A DNA stretch of 64,000 nt from an uncultured Candidatus Poseidoniales archaeon (GTDB taxonomy: Archaea > Thermoplasmatota > Poseidoniia > Poseidoniales > CAYMED01). Positions 58,341 to 64,000 of the stretch are shown here, in pieces. The notes beneath the pieces are model-generated. The model saw only the letters and a list, made by a program, of their open reading frames with translations, was not told the DNA's origin and did not search any database. Made by a program: the position numbers and the translations under genes. Each line of letters starts with the position of its first letter. Positions within the stretch are counted from its first letter, which is position 1. The DNA is taken from contig CAYMED010000009.1 in NCBI GenBank assembly GCA_964389655.1, positions 19,531 to 83,530 of the forward strand, in the 5' to 3' direction.

Positions 58341-59633
58341 TCATCCTCCAAGGTGCGTGTCAATGAGGCGGGCAAGGCGCTCAAATTGCGGAGATGCATC
58401 ATGAGGGCCAGGTCGTGCCTCAGGATGGAATTGAATCGAAAAGGAAGGCCGGTTTGTGATGTCGAGCCCCTCTACAGTACTGTCATTCGCATTTCGGTGC
58501 CGAACAGTGGTTTTAGCATCGAACAAAGCATCTCCACCTCCAAAACGAGGGGTCTCATGCGCGCCAATGATTCCTGCATCAGGATCCTCGACTGCAAAGC
58601 CATGATTTTGACTAGTGATCGATACTTTCTTCGTTTCAAAATCTACAACGGGCTGATTAGTTCCACGATGCCCATATCTCATTTTGTACGTCCTAAGGCC
58701 ACATGCTAGACCCAGCAGTTGATGGCCCAAACAGATACCCGCTAAAGGAGTACCAGCCTCTAGAGCATCAGCAATTGTCTGACGAGCAAGCATGGCCTCA
58801 CCAGGGTGATTTGGATCACCTGGACCATTTGAAACCATGATTCCAGACACCTCATAGCGATCAATGAATTCATCATAACTGACAGTTGGTGGTGCCCAAA
58901 CGACCTCAAATTTCTCGGAAAGAGATGATACAATTCCATGTTTTACTCCGCAGTCCACGAGTCCTATTCGCGGGGCACTAGAACTGGACTTACACCCGAC
59001 TAGTCGCAATTCATCTGTCCGAACTGAAGAGACGAGATCTTGTTCTGCAGGGTCACGCAAATTTTCAAGCATTCCAATCAATTTATCCTCATCGGAGAGT
59101 CGCCCGAGTACACAAAGAATCGTGCCCCGTTCCCGCACACGTAAAGTTAGGGCACGGGTATCAATCCCATACAAGCCAGGAACCCCATGAAAGGCAAGCC
59201 AATTTGCTAGAGTTCCAACAGAGTTTCGATGAAACGGATCATCGATTAATTCGCGACAAATAACTCCTTGTGGCCCAATCCCATCAGACTCACTTGAAAA
59301 CTGATGAACGCCATAATTTCCAAGAAGCGGATACGTGAACGTCAAGATTTGACCTGCATAAGAGGGGTCAGTCAGACTCTCTTGATACCCACACATCCCT
59401 GTCGAGAAGACCAGCTCCCCTGACACACTTTCTCGCGAACCAAACATGGTTCCGACCCATCGGCTGCCATCTGCTAAAAGTAAGACGCCGGGTTCTCTCG
59501 GAGGCTCAATCGAATCGAGAGATACTGGGACAGGATCGATGATCCAAGCATCTAATCTGCGAGCTTCAAGTCTCGAAGGGGATACACGCGGAAGGGGCGC
59601 ATGGCGATAACCGGCCGTATCAGCGGCTTCCAT
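58341..59633 (-). CDS. carA: Carbamoyl-phosphate synthase small subunit
   Basis: GYQESLTDPSY, SNGPGDP, GICLGHQ, QFHPE. Confidence 0.97.
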   Translation of the reverse strand: MEAADTAGYRHAPLPRVSPSRLEARRLDAWIIDPVPVSLDSIEPPREPGVLLLADGSRWVGTMFGSRESVSGELVFSTGMCGYQESLTDPSYAGQILTFTYPLLGNYGVHQFSSESDGIGPQGVICRELIDDPFHRNSVGTLANWLAFHGVPGLYGIDTRALTLRVRERGTILCVLGRLSDEDKLIGMLENLRDPAEQDLVSSVRTDELRLVGCKSSSSAPRIGLVDCGVKHGIVSSLSEKFEVVWAPPTVSYDEFIDRYEVSGIMVSNGPGDPNHPGEAMLARQTIADALEAGTPLAGICLGHQLLGLACGLRTYKMRYGHRGTNQPVVDFETKKVSITSQNHGFAVEDPDAGIIGAHETPRFGGGDALFDAKTTVRHRNANDSTVEGLDITNRPSFSIQFHPEARPGPHDASPQFERLARLIDTHLGG

Positions 59634-59669
59634 CAGACGTTAGCGCGCGCTCGAACGGTCGATAAGCGT

Positions 59670-60251
59670 TCATATTGAATTCTCAAAAAAGTCTGCTTCT
59701 TGAATCTGCTCAATTTGTTTCCCTTGGGCTGAAGGAATAATCCGCATTCTCCCTGTAGACGCACCCACATCATCGGGTTTTGAGCCCCATCGGTCAAGAG
59801 CAATTGCAAGTGCTGCAACCTCGCTGTGGGGTTGATTGCCAACTGCCACGTGATGTTGAGCGACATCCCAAATTTCAGCGGGAACTTTGGGTCCCCCAAT
59901 GATAAACACGACGGGGCGATCTCGGCGCACGTGCTTGAGCGCTGAATCAACGGGTAAACCATACATTGTAAGATGAACTGCAATGCCCGCATCTCGGTCT
60001 TCAAGCAAGCCTTTCGTGAAAGCACGTAGCCAACCAATCGGGCGAGATTCATACCGACTCACCATTTCCCCTCCAAATCGCTCGTTTACACTCCGTATGG
60101 ATTCAAGAGCAGAAGTATCGGATTCACCAGCTAAAAGGAATTCATCCGCACCCCATGCCCTAGCTACAAGACCGACATGGGTCGTGATTCTTGCATCACG
60201 GCCTATGCGGTGCCCAAGACGAAGGACGCTGAGGCGGGGAGAGGGTATCAC
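59670..60251 (-). CDS. trm56: tRNA (cytidine(56)-2'-O)-methyltransferase
   Basis: LRLGHR..RD.RITTHV.LVARA.GA, HLTMYG, GNQPHSEVAALA. Confidence 0.95.
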   Translation of the reverse strand: MIPSPRLSVLRLGHRIGRDARITTHVGLVARAWGADEFLLAGESDTSALESIRSVNERFGGEMVSRYESRPIGWLRAFTKGLLEDRDAGIAVHLTMYGLPVDSALKHVRRDRPVVFIIGGPKVPAEIWDVAQHHVAVGNQPHSEVAALAIALDRWGSKPDDVGASTGRMRIIPSAQGKQIEQIQEADFFENSI

Positions 60252-60850
60252 GCTGAGGCGTCGGGGGCATCGGCTTCAACTTCTGCGGAGATTAGTTCCA
60301 AATTGAAGCGCTCTGAGAGAAGTTTTAGCCACCTTAGTTGAAAAGCATCAATTCCAAAGCGGACGACAACATGAACCCCGCCTCCAAGAACAAGAAGGCG
60401 GCTGGTTTGCCATAGTGCGTTTTGAAAGGATACACCCCCTACAAGAAAGCGGGCAAAAGGGTCAATGGTAAGGTAAATCGCCAACCCATAAAGGAGGCCT
60501 GAAAGTAACCCAATATGGGGACGGCCAAGCAATTGAGTTATGGATGCAAATATGGCCCCAAATGCAACAACAAGGGGAACCAATGCAGCAATGTGCTCAA
60601 AATTGATGCTGAGCAATCGACCTTGAGTAGAGCCATCATCTGCTGAATGAACAAACCAGAACCAAAATAGGACTAAACCAACAAGAATGAGGCCTGCTGA
60701 AATCGTACGGTCAGCGATCATGCGAGGAATATCGCGAAGAGCATCCGCAGGGTAGCGCGCTGCGATTGTCTCTGCCAAATCAAGATGAGTTTCAGGGACT
60801 TCTGGGTCGAGCAAACTTGCTCCCGGGCTGACCTGATCACTCGGACTCAT
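60248..60850 (-). CDS. Hypothetical membrane protein
   Basis: About 4 hydrophobic helices; stop overlaps trm56 start. Confidence 0.7.
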   Translation of the reverse strand: MSPSDQVSPGASLLDPEVPETHLDLAETIAARYPADALRDIPRMIADRTISAGLILVGLVLFWFWFVHSADDGSTQGRLLSINFEHIAALVPLVVAFGAIFASITQLLGRPHIGLLSGLLYGLAIYLTIDPFARFLVGGVSFQNALWQTSRLLVLGGGVHVVVRFGIDAFQLRWLKLLSERFNLELISAEVEADAPDASA

Positions 60851-60914
60851 AGGCAGATCACGACGTGAGTAGCATGGTGGGCTGATAAACCATGCCGGAT
60901 CAGCCAGCGCCGAG

Positions 60915-61760
60915 ATGGCTGAATGGGAGGAGACTCTGCGGCGCCACCCGAATGGTCAGCCGCGCCTAATGGGTGTTGTAAATGCAACACCAGATTCATT
61001 TCATCGGGCCAGTCGACAACAAACCACTGAAGATGCATATGATGCAGCTCAATCGCACATCAAGAATGGAGCCGATTGGATTGACGTTGGAGGAGAATCA
61101 ACACGGCCTGATGCGGCATATGTATCCCCTGAAGTTGAAGCAAAACGAGTGATTCCCGTAATTCAGAAATTGTCTAGCCAACATCCCATATCAATTGATA
61201 CCCGAAATGTTGCAACGGCCACAAAAGCATTGGATGCTGGAGCATTAATGGTCAACGACGTTTCTGGTTTACGAGATCCAGCAATGATGGATCTGATCAT
61301 TGAACGTGGTGCTGCGGTTTGTATCATGCATATGCGTGGTGACCCGTCAACGATGCAACACAATACAAAGTATGAAAATGTAGTTGAGGAAGTGGCTTCG
61401 AAATTGCTAGGTACGGCAGATGAAATGCGAGATATTGGACACCCACACCAGCGAATCTTGCTAGATCCGGGAATCGGTTTTGGCAAAGGAGATAGCGAAA
61501 ACCTAGCGCTACTATCAGCGGTAGATGAATTACGGGGTGAATGCGATTATGGAGTACTATGGGGTACAAGTCGCAAATCATTCATTGGCAGGTTATGCAG
61601 TAGACCTGATACGGATGATCGCTTGCCGGGAACACTGGCAACTGCTGCCACTGCAATGGAATTAGGAGTGGATGTTCTGCGTGTGCATGATATTGCAGCA
61701 CATAGCGATTTCTTTCTAATCAAAAGGCACCTCCAAATGGCTAGGAGGGGGTACGCATGA
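60915..61760 (+). CDS. folP: Dihydropteroate synthase
   Basis: N.TPDSF, GGESTRP, NDVSG, DPGIGF, SRKSF, RVHD. Confidence 0.95.
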   Translation: MAEWEETLRRHPNGQPRLMGVVNATPDSFHRASRQQTTEDAYDAAQSHIKNGADWIDVGGESTRPDAAYVSPEVEAKRVIPVIQKLSSQHPISIDTRNVATATKALDAGALMVNDVSGLRDPAMMDLIIERGAAVCIMHMRGDPSTMQHNTKYENVVEEVASKLLGTADEMRDIGHPHQRILLDPGIGFGKGDSENLALLSAVDELRGECDYGVLWGTSRKSFIGRLCSRPDTDDRLPGTLATAATAMELGVDVLRVHDIAAHSDFFLIKRHLQMARRGYA

Positions 61761-62938
61761 GTGAGAGCGTTGATCCTGACATCTCATCGAGAGTGGAGTA
61801 TATCGATGACCAATTGTGCCTATTGGGAACCGCACACGTATCTGCCACGTCGATTGATGATGTCAAGCACCTCATTAAATCATTTCAGCCAGACATTGTT
61901 GCACTTGAACTAGATGCTGGGCGCCTAGATGCACTGACAAGCGGGCGGCGCCTAGATGAAGAATCACTTGCCAAGGTGATCAAAGAAGGCAGGGCACCAC
62001 TAGTCCTTGCACAGTGCCTTTTGTCAAGTCAGCAGCGTAAAGTTGCGGAAAAGACACAACAAATGCCGGGTGGGGAATTATTAGCAGCACATGATGCTGC
62101 AAAAGCAACAGGCCTGCGGGTTGAACTGGTTGATCGTGACGTCCAAGTTACCCTAAAACGTGCTTGGAGTCGCATGAAAATAAGAGAGAAGTGGAGACTC
62201 ATGCGAATGGCACTTTTCGAAGAGGAAGAAGAAATCGAGGCGGATGATGTTGAGGCTATGCTGACAGATAGAGACCTTCTCACCCAAATGATTGAGGAAG
62301 TACGAGAAATTGTTCCAACGGCTAGCGAGGTCCTCGTCGATGAACGTGACACCTATTTGGCTGCAAGAATCGAGGCATTACGCACAAATAACCGAGTTCT
62401 TGCAGTCATCGGGGCCGGTCACTTAGATGGTGTGAGTAAGCGCCTGAGCGAAGGTGCAGGACTCTCAGATGAAGAACTCAGGGGGTTAGAACTCATACAA
62501 AAAGGGCCACCAATTCTCAAAACGGTTGGCTTTGCCTTGCCATTGGCCATTTTAGGCATATTTGCTTGGCTTGTTTGGCAAGGTGATTGGGCAACCTTAG
62601 CTGATGGTTTGACAGTGTGGATCGCTGCGAATGCCTTTCTTTCTGCATTGGGTGCAATTATAGCACGCGGACACCCAGCTACGATCCTTGCGGCTGCAAT
62701 CGCCTCCCCATTTACATCACTCAACCCAATGCTTGCTGCAGGGTGGGTTGCTGGCTATGTGCAGCTCAAAGTGGATGGGCCATCTGCTCACGATTTGCAA
62801 ACGTTTCTGCGGCTTGAAGAAGTGTCATCTTTCTGGTCAAATCGTGCTGGACGGGTATTACTGGTAACTGCACTCGTTAATGTTGGAAGCATTATTGGAA
62901 CATGGCTAGGTGCCGGAGGACTACTAGCAGCGCTATAG
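61757..62938 (+). CDS. TraB/PrgY (Tiki-like) family membrane protein
   Basis: LGTAHVS, ELD, ERD, GAGH, C-terminal TM bundle. Confidence 0.9.
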   Translation: MSESVDPDISSRVEYIDDQLCLLGTAHVSATSIDDVKHLIKSFQPDIVALELDAGRLDALTSGRRLDEESLAKVIKEGRAPLVLAQCLLSSQQRKVAEKTQQMPGGELLAAHDAAKATGLRVELVDRDVQVTLKRAWSRMKIREKWRLMRMALFEEEEEIEADDVEAMLTDRDLLTQMIEEVREIVPTASEVLVDERDTYLAARIEALRTNNRVLAVIGAGHLDGVSKRLSEGAGLSDEELRGLELIQKGPPILKTVGFALPLAILGIFAWLVWQGDWATLADGLTVWIAANAFLSALGAIIARGHPATILAAAIASPFTSLNPMLAAGWVAGYVQLKVDGPSAHDLQTFLRLEEVSSFWSNRAGRVLLVTALVNVGSIIGTWLGAGGLLAAL

Positions 62939-63122
62939 AGGCCTACAATGAGTTTTACCCAAACCATCCCCAACAGTGCACAGATTGATATTTGGGAAGT
63001 TAACCTCGAGTCATGGATGGTATGGTCTCATCAGATGGAGAGCGAAGAATTAACCGCATTCATCCCAATATACCTGCATAAGCGATTGACAACTAAAGAA
63101 ATCTGTTAGAAAGGATGCAACG

Positions 63123-64000
63123 TTACTGCCAAGGCGCCCACTCAGAACCACTGTTCGGTGAACGGTACCAGTTTTTCCCACCATGTTCCAGCCATTCATA
63201 GCCATCAGAACCAATTGTGCCATTTTGAAGAGGAGAAGGAGAGGCCTCTTCGACCCCGAAGGAAGATGGGTTTTGGATTTCCCGTGAGGAGGAAACTACC
63301 TCTTGGAAATCTACTGGACCAGAATCTCGTCGTTGAAGAATCAGGATCACCACAGCAAAAAGTAGAGATGAGACTACAACGATCAAGACAATCATGAGAA
63401 TCTCATTCGACAATTGGGCCGAAGAGCCAGAACTTGTGGACAGGAGGTCCTGCGAGGCATTATTCAGATTTGTTGTCGCATTTACAGTCCCAAGTTCTTG
63501 ATCTTGCAGGCCCTCTGAATCAGAAAACCAGTAACAACCGCTTTCATTGATCGGAACGGCCGCTGTCGTATTTGCACAGGCATCGAATTGATCTTCAACA
63601 GAGTCTCCATCATCATCGAAGTCCTCATACCCATCATGGCAGCCATCACCATCTCTGTCAAGGACTTGACCAGAAATCCAGCCAGTCATGCCACGCGGGC
63701 AGAAATCATCTGCATCAGCCACTCCATCGCCATCGTCATCTGAATCGGAAGCATCACTGCATCCATCTCCATCGTGGTCATTGCTTAAATTTCCATCATC
63801 GCAGGTCGCCACTTCAGGAGCTTCAATGATCACGTCAGGTGATGATACATTGGTCCCAGCCACTTCAACATCAATATTTGTAACGCGCTCTTCATTGTCC
63901 TTACAACCATCCCCATCAGTATCTAAGCCCGTACTCAAACCTCTAGGGCATGCATCACTGAGGTCCACGACGCCATCATTATCATCATCCGCATCTTCAT
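63123..64000 (-). CDS. Thrombospondin type-3-like repeat surface protein, C-terminal part (5' truncated)
   Basis: DxDGDGCxD repeats, TM helix, terminal GYEW..WY..W motif. Confidence 0.85.
   Translation of the reverse strand, partial: EDADDDNDGVVDLSDACPRGLSTGLDTDGDGCKDNEERVTNIDVEVAGTNVSSPDVIIEAPEVATCDDGNLSNDHDGDGCSDASDSDDDGDGVADADDFCPRGMTGWISGQVLDRDGDGCHDGYEDFDDDGDSVEDQFDACANTTAAVPINESGCYWFSDSEGLQDQELGTVNATTNLNNASQDLLSTSSGSSAQLSNEILMIVLIVVVSSLLFAVVILILQRRDSGPVDFQEVVSSSREIQNPSSFGVEEASPSPLQNGTIGSDGYEWLEHGGKNWYRSPNSGSEWAPWQ

Noticed and set aside
61757-62938. TraB as evidence of conjugation
   Set aside because: This family is a widespread chromosomal archaeal Tiki/TraB-type protein; no transfer genes nearby
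62948-63109. 53-aa ORF MSFTQTIP...KEIC after the TraB gene
   Set aside because: No motif or SD support; cannot be distinguished from a chance ORF or gene remnant

Overview
Densely coding, roughly 50% GC archaeal chromosome segment. aRF1, aIF2-beta, RpoL, aTrm56, class I LysRS and XPD mark it as archaeal. The gene mix (giant Ca-binding surface proteins, RCC1 protein, bacterial-type catabolic and cofactor genes) suggests Marine Group II / Poseidoniales (inference). It holds housekeeping genes (truD, rpoL, argS, aRF1, pyrH, lysS, carAB, trm56, tRNA-Leu(TAA)) and a propionyl/methylmalonyl-CoA locus. It also has a Pseudomonas-like branched-chain 2-oxoacid dehydrogenase operon bracketed by lipA and lipB, and four large membrane-anchored surface proteins, including a 3,099-aa transglutaminase-domain protein. 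I saw no CRISPR array, integrase, transposase or rRNA. Strongest leads: (1) a likely CTG start codon on the release factor gene; (2) an RHH regulator locus with an operator-like inverted repeat upstream and twin GATAA-loop hairpins downstream; (3) a cysteine-desulfurase homolog lacking the PLP lysine but keeping the persulfide Cys, near lipA; (4) the giant transglutaminase surface protein; (5) a recurrent TTATC promoter-like motif. All calls come from motif reading by eye; no database searches were run.
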